Source: Macrostomum hystrix (Eukaryota > Animalia > Platyhelminthes). Taken from it: DNA of 64,000 bases. Position numbers and translations under genes: made by a program. Where the stretch lies: positions 7,812,001 to 7,876,000 of the forward strand of contig CATNEN010000001.1 of assembly GCA_950097015.1 (NCBI GenBank). Reading direction: 5' to 3'. Positions 10,848 through 23,500 of this stretch are shown here, piece by piece (the first letter of the stretch is position 1; every line of letters starts with the position of its first letter). The notes under the pieces were generated by a model. The model saw nothing but the letters and a program-made list of their open reading frames with translations, ran no database searches and had not been told where the DNA came from.

Positions 10848-13522
10848 AAGAGGGGGCGCCACATTAGTTTATTCAGCTGATAAGGGGGCCACATCGTTTA
10901 GTCAGCTGATAAGGGGGCGCCACATTAGTTTATTCAGCTGATAAGGAGGCGCCACATCGTTTAGTCAGCTGATAAGGAGGCGTCACATTAGTTTATTCAG
11001 CTGATAAGGGGGCGCCACATCGTTTAGTCAGCTGATAAGGAGGCGCCACATTAGTTTATTCAGCTGATAAGGGGGCGCCACATCGTTTAGTCAGCTGATA
11101 AGGAGGCGCCACATTAGTTTATTCAGCTGATAAGGGGGCCACATCGTTTAGTCAGCTGATAAGGAGGCGCCACATTAGTTAATTCAGCTGATAAGGGGGC
11201 GCCACATCGTTTAGTCAGCTGATAAGGAGGCGCCACATTAGTTAATTCAGCTGATAAGGGGGCCACATCGTTTAGTCAGCTGATAAGGAGGCGCCACATT
11301 AGTTTATTCAGCTGATAAGGGGGCCACATCGTTTAGTCAGCTGATAAGGAGGCGTCACATTAGTTTATTCAGCTGATAAGGGGGCGCCACATCGTTTAGT
11401 CAGCTGATAAGGAGGCGCCACATTAGTTAATTCAGCTGATAAGGGGGCCACATCGTTTAGTCAGCTGATAAGGAGGCGTCACATTAGTTTATTCAGCTGA
11501 TAAGGGGGGCAACATCGTTTAGTCAGCTGATAAGGAGGCGCCACATTAGTTTATTCAGCTGATAAGGAGGCGCCACATTAGTTTATTCAGCTGATAAGGG
11601 GGCCACATCGTTTAGTCAGCTGATAAGGAGGCGTCACATTAGTTCATTCAGCTGATAAGGGGGGCAACATCGTTTAGTCAGCTGATAAGGAGGCGCCACA
11701 TTAGTTTATTCAGCTGATAAGGGGGCCACATCGTTTAGTCAGCTGATAAGGAGGCGTCACATTAGTTCATTCAGCTGATAAGGGGGGCAACATCGTTTAG
11801 TCAGCTGATAAGGAGGCGCCACATTAGTTTATTCAGCTGATAAGGGGGCCACATCGTTTAGTCAGCTGATAAGGAGGCGCCACATTAGTTTATTCAGCTG
11901 ATAAGGGGGCCACATCGTTTAGTCAGCTGATAAGGGGGCCACATCGTTTATTCAGCTGATAAGGAGGCGCCACATTAGTTTATTCAGCTGATAAGGAGGC
12001 GTCACATTAGTTTATTCAGCTGATAAGGGGGCGCCACATCGTTTAGTCAGCTGATAAGGAGGCGTCACATCGTTTAGTCAGCTGATAAGGAGGCGCCACA
12101 TTAGTTTATTCAGCTGATAAGGGGGCGCCACATCGTTTAGTCAGCTGATAAGGAGGCGTCACATTAGTTTATTCAGCTGATAAGGGGGCGCCACATCGTT
12201 TAGTCAGCTGATAAGGAGGCGTCACATCAGTTTATTCAGCTGATAAGGGGGCGTCACATCAGTTTATTCAGCTGATAAGGAGGCGCCACATCGTTTAGTC
12301 AGCTGATAAGGAGGCGTCACATTAGTTTATTCAGCTGATAAGGGGGCGCCACATTAGTTTATTCAGCTGATAAGGGGGCCACATCGTTTAGTCAGCTGAT
12401 AAGGAGGCGCCACATTAGTTTATTCAGCTGATAAGGGGGCCACATCGTTTAGTCAGCTGATACGGAGGCGCCACATTAGTTTATTCAGCTGATAAGGGGG
12501 CCACATCGTTTAGTCAGCTGATAAGGAGGCGTCACATTAGTTTATTCAGCTGATAAGGGGGGCAACATCGTTTAGTCAGCTGATAAGGAGGCGCCACATT
12601 AGTTTATTCAGCTGATAAGGGGGCCACATCGTTTAGTCAGCTGATAAGGAGGCGTCACATTAGTTCATTCAGCTGATAAGGGGGGCAACATCGTTTAGTC
12701 AGCTGATAAGGAGGCGCCACATTAGTTTATTCAGCTGATAAGGGGGCCACATCGTTTAGTCAGCTGATAAGGAGGCGCCACATTAGTTTATTCAGCTGAT
12801 AAGGGGGCCACATCGTTTAGTCAGCTGATAAGGAGGCGTCACATTAGTTCATTCAGCTGATAAGGGGGGCAACATCGTTTAGTCAGCTGATAAGGAGGCG
12901 CCACATTAGTTTATTCAGCTGATAAGGAGGCGCCACATTAGTTTATTCAGCTGATAAGGGGGCCACATCGTTTAGTCAGCTGATAAGGAGGCGTCACATT
13001 AGTTCATTCAGCTGATAAGGGGGGCAACATCGTTTAGTCAGCTGATAAGGAGGCGCCACATTAGTTTATTCAGCTGATAAGGGGGCCACATCGTTTAGTC
13101 AGCTGATAAGGGGGCCACATCGTTTATTCAGCTGATAAGGAGGCGCCACATTAGTTTATTCAGCTGATAAGGAGGCGCCACATTAGTTTATTCAGCTGAT
13201 AAGGAGGCGTCACATTAGTTTATTCAGCTGATAAGGGGGCGCCACATCGTTTAGTCAGCTGATAAGGAGGCGTCACATCGTTTAGTCAGCTGATAAGGAG
13301 GCGCCACATTAGTTTATTCAGCTGATAAGGGGGCCACATCGTTTAGTCAGCTGATAAGGAGGCGCCACATTAGTTTATTCAGCTGATAAGGGGGCCACAT
13401 CGTTTAGTCAGCTGATAAGGAGGCGCCACATTAGTTTATTCAGCTGATAAGGGGGCCACATCGTTTAGTCAGCTGATAAGGAGGCGCCACATTAGTTTAT
13501 TCAGCGGATAAGGGGGCGCCAC
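10848..13522. repeat. 31/32-bp satellite with alternating dimer structure (CAGCTGATAAGGRGGCGCCACATYRGTTTA)
   Basis: Two alternating variants (CACATTAGTTTATT and CACATCGTTTAGT) give a period of about 63 bp over 2.7 kb; intergenic. Confidence 0.97.
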
Positions 13523-14260
13523 GTAGTTTTAACTGACTCGGACTTTTTAATCATAGACTATGATGAGTTCATGTTAAATTAAATTTGATTGCCCGGGGAA
13601 CATCTATTAATTTGATGGGCTCGGAATGCAGACTGTTTGAACCATAGACAACAGATTCTTTACTTAAAAAGAAGCCCATTAAATGTCATCTATTCTGTTA
13701 CTTATTTTTTAATCCCATGACAACATTCTCTTTATGAAATGTGCCCAACTTAGTGTCCTAAATGTAATTTTATTAGTTTATTGTCAGACGTCAAACACGC
13801 AATCATTGCGTAAGTCAGCAGCAATAGCCTAATCCGGTTGTTTACACGTGCTTTCGATCCGACGCACCGCCTACCCGAAGGCATTAATTATACAAATCAC
13901 TAACAAACGGGTGGATAAGGTGGGTGGCATTGAAGAATTTTCAAAATAATCTTCAGATGCTACTGGACAAATTCAAGAACGGAGTAAATATTGCCAATGA
14001 GTCTTATCATCCTCATTCGTGATTGGTTCAGGGGACTCACAAAATACTTCGTCCTCTAATTATGCCCGACTCCAATGACCCTAGAGACAATTTCTGAGGC
14101 GCTAATCAGGACCAAGTCTAGCAGAACGTGGGTGGACAAAACGACACTATAAATTCAGGACTGAAATTAAACCATTCAGCGCCTTAATCTTTTGAGCCGT
14201 AAGTCTCTCGCAACGTTTATACGAAATCCGATTAAATATATTTACTGTTTAAGATAGCAA

Positions 14261-15791
14261 ATGTCAAAGTCTCTCACGAACCAGCCGATTAAGTTTATGA
14301 TCACACAGAATTGTCGATCTACAAAGCCAGATGATTTAGCCACCAATGCCACCAGCAACACAAATTTCACTGGCGTAGTCGAGACTGTCAGAACGAGGCC
14401 GTCATTTCTAACAGTCTACACTGGAGTTCTAGTTGCGGTGGCGGCGCTGAATGTCGTACTCAATTTTACTAGCCTGCTACTATTGCGTAAGATGCTAACT
14501 AGGGCCCAGATGCAGCTACTGCACCTGCTTCAGTTGCTATGCGCAGCTGAGGTTGCATTCAACGCTAGCCAGCTAGTCTACCAGGCCTTCATTTGGGCCT
14601 ACGGCCTTCAACAGCTGCCGTTTGTCTCTTTACAGGTAGACAAGCGTAAATGTATAAATAGTTGCGGTAGAGATCTGCTCACTGGCACAACATTTTGTGA
14701 CACTAGACCCGCAGCCAGCAAGGAGGCAATTCTGCCCATTCCGCTGACTCCTGAGCACACGCGCACGCAGATACCGTACGCAGGCACACACTCACACAGG
14801 GGTGTGTGTACACCTGCCCTAACTTTCTCATCGTCAGGCAATGTACACTCTCAGTGAGCCTTGGTGGTTGTCCCTCAACGGCAACTAAATGTGGCCTCGC
14901 CGCGAAATCGTGCTCAGGGACCTAAGTAAAGATTAAGTTTAGATTAAATTTGTAATCTTTTGAGTTCACAGTTTTTTCTAACCGCTTATATCCGTACAGG
15001 TCGGCCAGATTGTGGCGGTCGCATTCTGGGCGGTTCTGTTTCTCAGCCAGGGCTCTCTCAGCCTTCGCAACTGGACCGTGGCTCTGCTGTCCTTGGCGCG
15101 CTACAAGAAGATTCGTCATCCAGGATTATCGCTATCTGTCACTACCAGACGAGGCGCATTCAACAGGCTTCTGCTCTTGCTGCCGATTTGTCTGTGCGTC
15201 AGCCTGCCGAAGATGCTGCTATACAACATTGTGGTGTGCAGCGATACTCTGCGTCTGAGCCAGCAGTCAACCTGGCTGCACGGCAACGCAGTTCTGAATC
15301 GCATCCTGATCAGCGCCAGCTACCTGGTCTCCACTCTCCTGCCCGTGGTGTTCGTCTCATTCAGCAACGTTCGCATCCTGCTGTTTCTTCGCCAGCGACG
15401 TCGCCAATTCGCGGCCAACCGGCCGGGTGTTCGCAGCGCCCTCAGCAGGAATCGAACCGCCGATCGCCTGCTCCTGTTGCTGACTGCCGCCTTCCTAATC
15501 TGCGAGATGCCAGCGTTCTTTGCCGGCCTGCTCGATGGACAGCTCTCTGACCGCGCCAAGCGTCACTTCATTCACGTGGCTCACCTGGCCACAATGCTCG
15601 ACTCCAGCCTCAACCTGTGCATCTACCTGCTGTCCCAGAAGTCAGCAGGCTGTGTGCCCAGCTGCTGCGAGGCCAATCATTCGCTGTCTAACAATCCAGG
15701 GAAGCCAGTGGAAGCTGATGAAGCTCTAGCGTTGGATGCTGGCATCGAGCTCCAGGTTCATCCGGTCGCTGAAAATTTACTGGACAACTAA
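14261..15791 (+). CDS. Divergent rhodopsin-family (class A) GPCR, peptide-receptor-like
   Basis: Exon 1 14261-14635 (CAG|GTAGAC) and exon 2 15000-15791 (CTAAC branch near 14978, TACAG|) join in phase 0. N-glycosylation sequons at the N-terminus, seven hydrophobic segments, RNWTVALLSLARY (TM3), FLICEMP (TM6), DSSLNLCIY (TM7). Start codon uncertain (14261 or 14297). Confidence 0.8.
14672..14925 (-). mobile_element. SINE family C copy in the GPCR intron
   Basis: Shares CTCAGGAGTCAG...GCTGGCTGCGGGTCTAGTGTCAC and GTACAC/GATGAGAAAG blocks with copies at 22060, 38620 and 50915. Confidence 0.8.
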
Positions 15792-16502
15792 CTAAATTAT
15801 GATCCATTAGAAAGTTAAAAAAACTGGAAGCGTACGAGCGTATTTTGTCTGACTTTTTATCTTGTCAAATTATTATCCTCTCATTTTCTCTGTTTTCCTT
15901 AATGATCATCTTGCTTTATTTCTGTCAGTTTTTTTTAATTAAGCACTACGTTTTCTGTACGTCTGTCAATGGTTACACAAGCAGCGTATTTTTCACAAAG
16001 TTGTAAATAAAATATATTGTTAGATGCGCAAACTGAATGACCGATTTTCGTGAAAGTCCACCATTTGGATCAAACCATCGACGATGCCGATGGTTTTGTA
16101 AGATTCCGTAAGTTTTTTTCATCGGTTAGAGCGGAGAATTTTTAACCAATGTTCTGAATTTTCATGCCGATTGGTTGAATATCCGTGGTCCTTCTATTGT
16201 TAACTTATATTTAAATGTAGTTCTTAATTTGCTTTGTTTTAATTTCCTCTCTTGCCTCCATTTTAGCAGCACGCCTTTATGTATTGTTCAAATCTATCTT
16301 TCGTGAACTATCATTTTTTTATTATGTATGTTGGATTGCTAGCAGGAACTTCCGCTATTTAAAACAAGAATACTTAAATTTGCAGAAATGCTGCACTCAA
16401 AAATGAGTCATAAAATTTAATTTTTGGTTTCTTATTTCACAATCACAATTTTTAGAGGTGTAAAAATTGAATATTGCAAACCATCTTGCATCATATACTT
16501 GG

Positions 16503-17545
16503 CGTTCCTACTCCCTGCAATCTCCCTACTCTCACCCTGCACTCTCCCTACTCTCACCCTGCACTTTCCCTAATCTACTCCCTGCACTCTCCCTACTCTA
16601 CTCCCTGCTCTCTTCCTACTCTTCTCCCTGCACTCTCCCTACTCTACTCCCTGCACTCTCCCTACTCTACTCCCTGCACTCTCCCTAATCTACTCCCTGC
16701 AATCTCCCTACTCTCACCCTGCACTCTCTCTACTCTACTCCCTGCAATCTCCCTACTCTCACCCTGCACTCTCCCTACTCTACTCCCTGCTATCTTCCTA
16801 CTCTTCTCCCTGCACTCTCCCTACTCTACTCCCTGCACTCTCCCTAATCTACTCCCTGCAATCTCCCTACTCTCACCCTGCACTCTCTCTACTCTACTCC
16901 CTGCAATCTCCCTACTCTCACCCTGCACTCTCCCTACTCTACTCCCTGCTATCTTCCTACTCTTCTCCCTGCACTCTCCCTACTCTACTCCCTGCTCTCT
17001 CCCTACTCTCACCCTGCTCTCTTCCTACTCTTCTCCCTGCACTCCCTACTCTACTCCCTGCTCTCTTCCTACTCTTCTCCCTGCACTCTCCCCACTCTAC
17101 TCCCTGCTCTCTTCCTACTCTTCTCCCTGCACTCTCCCTACTCTACTCCCTGCTCTCTCCCTACTCTTCTCCCTGCTCTCTTCCTACTCTTCTCCCTGCA
17201 CTCTCCCTACTCTACTCCCTGCTCTCTTCCTACTCTTCTCCCTGCACTCTCCCTACTCTACTCCCTGCACTCTCCCTACTCTACTCCCTGCACTCTCCCT
17301 AATCTACTCCCTGCAATCTCCCTACTCTCACCCTGCACTCTCTCTACTCTACTCCCTGCAATCTCCCTACTCTCACCCTGCACTCTCCCTACTCTACTCC
17401 CTGCTATCTTCCTACTCTTCTCCCTGCACTCTCCCTACTCTACTCCCTGCTCTCTCCCTACTCTTCTCCCTGCACTCTCCCTACTCTACTCCCTGCTCTC
17501 TCCCTACTCTACTCCCTGCTCTCTCCCTACTCTACTCCCTGCGCT
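16503..17545. repeat. 21-bp pyrimidine-rich minisatellite CTCTCCCTACTCTACTCCCTGCA-like
   Basis: Direct inspection; explains ORFs 16467/16474. Confidence 0.95.
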
Positions 17546-17959
17546 CTCTTAACTCCCTACCTGCACGCTATTTCTTTTCTATATATATATATTATATGTT
17601 TCCTATTATATAAATATATATAGACTTTACCAACTGAAAATATTGACTAGCAATACTCGAACCAATGGGAACTTCCATGTACAAAATCCCAACAAAAAAT
17701 AACGTATAAGAAAGCAAAAATTTTCCGAAACAATAACCAACCCCTTTCTGCGATATTCGTAACTTTCAGGCTAGAAAAAATACTCACAAACCAAAATATT
17801 ATTTTTTCACAACCGCACAACTCTCGAGAAATGTCACGTACCAGCCTTGGCATACCTGTATGGAATGCTCGGGTTTTTAACGCATCCACCTCTCCCAAAT
17901 CCGTCTCTTCTTCTCTTTTTCCGTTCATTATTCAATTCCCATTTAAAATTCCTCCCAGT

Positions 17960-18860
17960 CTCCATTCTTCCCATTTGTCATTCTTTCCCATTTCCAATTC
18001 TTTCCCATTTCCCATTCTTCCCATTTGCCATTCTTCCCATTTGCCATTCTTTCCCATTTCCAATTCTTCCCACTTCCCATTTTTCCCATTTGCCATTCTT
18101 CCCATTTGCCATTCTTTCCCATTTTCCATTCTTCCCATTTGCCATTCTTTCTCACTTCCCATTCTTCCCATTTGCCATTCTTTCCCATTTCCCATTCTTC
18201 CCATTTTCCATTCTTCCCATTTCCCATTCTTCCCATTTCCCATTCTTTCCCATTTCCCATTCTTTCCCATTTCCCATTCTTCCCATTTCCCATTCTTTCC
18301 CATTTCCCATTCTTCCCATTTCCCATTCTTCCCATTTCCCATTCTTTCCCATTTCCCATTCTTCCCACTTCCCATTCTTCCCATTTCCCATTCTTCCCAT
18401 TTCCCATTCTTCCTATTTCCCATTCTTCCCATTTCCCATTCTTTCCCATTTCCCATTCTTTCCCATTTTCCATTCTTCCCATTTCCCATTCTTCCCATTT
18501 CCCATTCTTTCCCATTTCCCATTCTTTCTCATTTCCCATTCTTCCCATTTCCCATTCTTTCCCATTTCCCATTCTTCCCATTTCCCATTCTTCCCATTTC
18601 CCATTCTTCCCACTTCCCATTCTTCCCATTTCCCATTCTTCCCATTTCCCATTCTTCCCATTTCCCATTCTTCCCATTTCCCATTCTTTCCCATTTCCTA
18701 TTCTTTCCCATTTCCCATTCTTCCCATTTCCCATTCTTTCCCATTTCCCATTCTTCCCATTTCCCATTCTTCCCATTTCCCATTCTTCCCATTTCCCATT
18801 CTTCCCATTTCCCATTCTTCCCATTTCCCATTCTTCCCATTTCCCATTCTTCCTATATTC
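17960..18860. repeat. Low-complexity TTCCCAT(T/TC) repeat array
   Basis: Direct inspection; explains ORFs 17831-18963 on both strands. Confidence 0.95.
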
Positions 18861-19477
18861 TCCCTTTTTCTCCATAACTAGCAATTTTATGTTTTCTTTT
18901 TCTAAATTATACCCTCTTTCTCCCATTTTCCCTAGTTGGGAGAATTCCCCCAGTTCGTCTTAACTGTTGATTATTGTAATTTCCCCTCGAATCGAATGAT
19001 AAACAGTTGCTTTCGCTCTGCAGCTCAACTTCTGCCCAGCTGCCCTATCATTCGCCCGGTCCCGCATTCGTGAAATCGCGTCAAAGCATGAGGGTCGAGA
19101 ATCGAATTTCTGTTTCCGGAAAATTTCGAAGCTGTTAAGAGTCTCGCCCCCGCAGTTTGACCTAGTTCGAATAACTTCTCGAATTGCTCAGAAAACATTT
19201 CATAATTTTTTTCAGTAAATCTGAAACTTAATGCAGAAATAATCTAATAATTTAGACTGATATAGAATCTACTGTAAGTAACATATAACTCCCAAATAAA
19301 CTAAATATAAAAAACACACAAAAATGACGAAAATACCAGCAAACAAAATTATAAAAGATTAACAAAAACTAATCGAATTAAACAACTAAACAAACAAGCA
19401 AACAAATAAAAAAAATTGTTTTGACTTTCTTGACATCAAGTGATTGTACATTAAGTGTCTAGACGCAATGGGTTTGC

Positions 19478-20090
19478 GTCCCTATTCTCACCCTGCACTC
19501 TCCCTACTCTTCTCCCTGCACTCACCCTACTCTACTCCCTGCACTATTCCTATTCTACTCCCTGCTCTCTTCCTACTCTTCTCCCTGCACTCTCCCTACT
19601 CTACTCCCTGCTCTCTTCCTACTCTTCTCCCTGCACTATTCCCTACTCTACTCCCTGCACTTTCAGGCACTTGCACTTCCTATTCTACTCCTGCACTCTT
19701 CCTACTCTACTCCCTGCACTCTCCCTACTCTACTCCCTGCACTCTCCCTACTCTACTCCCTGCACTCTCCCTACTCTACTCCCTGCACTCTCCCTACTCT
19801 ACTCCCTGCACTCTCCCTACTCTACTCCCTGCACTCTCCCTACTCTACTCCCTGCACTCTCCCTACTCTACTCCCTGCACTCTCCCTACTCTACTCCCTG
19901 CACTCTCCCTACTCTACTCCCTGCACTCTCCCTACTCTACTCCCTGCACTCCCTACTCTACTCCCTGCACTCTCCCTACTCTACTCCCTGCACTCCCTAC
20001 TCTACTCCCTGCACTCTCCCTACTCTACTCCCTGCACTTTCCCTACTCTACTCCCTGCTCTCGTCCTACTCTACTCCCTGCACTCTTCCT
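19478..20090. repeat. Second array of the same 21-bp pyrimidine-rich minisatellite as 16503-17545
   Basis: Same CTCTCCCTACTCTACTCCCTGCA-like unit. Confidence 0.95.
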
Positions 20091-20576
20091 GTCATAAAAT
20101 TGGCTAAATAAAATAAACAATAGGACACGAACTTAAGAGTAATTCGCTTTTAAAGGTAACTTTTTGGATCATGCAGTATTACATAACGAATATGAAAAGT
20201 CAAATTTCAGTGTTCAGTTATATTTGTTTTACATTCTGACATAAAAGAAAGGTACAATTACAATTAACTTAAAAGATTATATTCAATTATTAAGGACTGA
20301 AAAGCTAGCACTAATTGTATCGAAAAGTATTTTTTTGCAAACAAACGTGAGTATTTAAGCTCGCAAGCTTGACCGATAACTGAAAGCTAATAAAAAAAAT
20401 TTGGACGGAGTTAAAACAAAATTTGAGTGGAATGTGATTTAACATTCGGGTGCAGCTCAAAAAATTGTAACTCTATTTGCAGTTAGCTTGTCAAACATTA
20501 TATATAATTTGTTAAACAAAAAAATTATAGTTTTCGTTACGATCCTCCATCAGTTTAATTTGATTGCTGGCAATTA

Positions 20577-23500
20577 TCAGTCTGCTTCAAAGAACTCCAA
20601 CAGAGTCTGCAGATCGTAGCTCTGCAGGCATTGCATCAGGGCTGAGACTCGAGATTTCACATTCTGGCCTTGGAACTTGTACTTGTCTATATAGAGATCT
20701 GTGATCATGCCTGGAATGGAATTGGCCGGGTGGGTGAGTCTCCGGTTAGATCACTGGGTTGGACGGTAGCTTGACGATCAATGAAAATATTCTATCGAAA
20801 ATAGAGAAACTGATTATTTTTTAATGTTTAGATAGTCTAGATTACCTTTTTAGCTAACTCTAGCAAAAAATTTTCTATCGATTTAGTATCGATAGACTTC
20901 AAAAATCGATTGAGTAGACTCAAACAAATGAATTGAGTAGACTCAAACAAATTAACTGAGTAGACTCAAACTAATTAACTGAGTAGACTCAAACTAATTA
21001 ACTGAGTAGACTCAAACTAATTAACTGAGTAGACTCAAACAAATTAACTGAGTAGACTCAAACTAATCAATTGAGTAGACTCAAACAAATTAACTGAGTA
21101 GACTCAAACTAATCAATTGAGTAGACTCAAACTAATCAATTGAGTAGACTCAAACAAATTAACTGAGTAGACTCAAACTAATCAATTGAGTAGACTCAAA
21201 CAAATTAACTGAGTAGACTCAAACTAATCAATTGAGTAGACTCAAACTAATCAATTGAGTAGACTCAGACAAATTAACTGAGTAGACTCAAACTAATCAA
21301 TTGAGTAGGCTCAAACAAATTAACTGAGTAGACTCAAACTAATCAATTGAGTAGGCTCAAACAAATTAACTGAGTAGACTCAAACTAATCAATTGAGTAG
21401 ACTCAAACTAATCAATTGAGTAGACTCAAACAAATTAACTGAGTAGACTCAAACTAATCAATTGAGTAGGCTCAAACAAATTAACTGAGTAGACTCAAAC
21501 TAATCAATTGAGTAGACTCAAACTAATCAATTGAGTAGACTCAAACAAATTAACTGAGTAGACTCAAACTAATCAATTGAGTAGGCTCAAACAAATTAAC
21601 TGAGTAGACTCAAACTAATCAATTGAGTAGACTCAAACTAATCAATTGAGTAGACTCAAACAAATCGGTTGTGTTGACTTAAACAAATATTTTGGAGCAG
21701 ACTCAAACAAATCTATTGATATAGCTCATTAAGTGTCAAAACAAAAAACTAATAATAAAGCTACAAACCGTAGAGTCTCTCCAGGTGAGCCGGTTGGCGT
21801 TTAAACATTCTTTGCAACTCGTCTGCTTCTAGTAGAATTTGGCGATACTCGTCGGACAGAAAGTCTGCGGACTGTTCGCTGAGCATGAGCTCACGAAGCG
21901 GTTCAATCAGCGCGACCCGTTTCGCTAGCACGAGCAGTGATTCCAGCTTTGGTGCGATCAGCCTTATGGTGTGACTCACGGATCGATCATTTACCTGGTT
22001 TGAGCAGTCAATGAATGGATAGTAGAATCGCTATAGGAGAAAAGAGGATGGGAAGGATTGGGGGCTTGTCGACGATCAATTTACGTCGTTTAGGTCCAAC
22101 CTCCAAGGTACAGTGAGATTGTACACTGCCTGACGATGAGAAAGTCAGGACAGATGTACACACCTGTGTTCAGTATCTGTGTCCGTGTGTGCTCAGGAGT
22201 CAGCGAAATGGGCAGAATTGCCTCCTTGCTGGCTGCGGGTCTAGTGTCACCAAATGATGTGCTGATAGCAGAGAACTAAGTTTTATTTAAGTCGATCGTC
22301 TGTTCATTGATTGATAAATAATAAGAATCACAACAGTATGAACTCAAAAGTGGAGCTACCTCATAGGCAATCTGCAGTGCAATCTTCCTCTTCGTGGCCT
22401 CCTTACTGAGGCACTCCTTGATGATGGAGATGGTGGACAAGTTGTCGGATTTGAAAACAGCTTCGCCCTTCTTGTAGCGCACTTCAAACTGAGTACCCAG
22501 GAAGGTGTTCTCAAACACTAGCCAGCCGGTTTCGTCAGCTGGCGCCTTCTCTGGCACTTCGCCAACCAGGAAGGCGACCCAGTGATGAATCTCGGCTAGG
22601 GAAAACGCGCCAGTCAGTGTCAGGCTGTTCAATGGACGAGTTTCGTCCAGTTCGTGAGCTCGACGATGCAACGATAGCGGCTTGATGTGATAGGCCAGTA
22701 GCTGACAGACTTTGGGCTGCAGGCGAGGTGTCACGTACGCCATGAGGGTGCCGTAGTGGCCCTCAATTGTGCGAACCTTTATCTCCAACCGAGTGGTGTT
22801 AGCTTGGCACCTGTGATTAGGGAGTTCAAATATTAATGGACTTTAGGAATTAGCATTCTGATACAGCTGACTGCAATAAAAGCCTAACATCTGAGAACAG
22901 AATGGGATAATGTGAGAACAGAATGAGATAATGTGAGAACAGAATGGGATAATGTGAGAACAGAATGAGATAATGTGAGAACAGAATGGGATAATGTGAG
23001 AAAAGAATGGGATAATGTGAGAACATAATGGGATAATGTGAGAACATAATGGGATAATGTGAGAACAGAATGGGATAATGTGAGAACATAATGGGATAAT
23101 GTGAGAACATAATGGGATAATGTGAGAACAGAATGGGATAATGTGAGAACATAATGGGATAATGTGAGAACATAATGGGATAATGTGAGAACATAATGGG
23201 ATAATGTGAGAACAGAATGGGATAATGTGAGAACAGAATGGGATAATGTGAGAACAGAATGGGATAATGTGACAACAGAATGGCATAATGTGAGAATAGA
23301 ATGGGATAATGTGAGAACAGAATGGGATAATGTGAGAACAGAATGGGATAATGTGAGAACAAAATAGGATAATGTGAGAACAGAATGGGATAATGTGACA
23401 ACAGAATGGCATAATGTGAGAATAGAATGGGATAATGTGAGAACATAATGGGATAATGTGAGAACAGAATGGGATAATGTGAGAATAGAATGGGATAATG

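Noticed and set aside
1930-13522. CRISPR-like appearance of regular, partly palindromic repeats
   Set aside because: Units are head-to-tail with no unique spacers, there are no cas genes, and the context is eukaryotic.
22128-22150. CCTGACGATGAGAAAGTCAGG in SINE C as a hammerhead ribozyme
   Set aside because: Forms a simple hairpin; there is no CUGANGA-stem II-GAAA topology.
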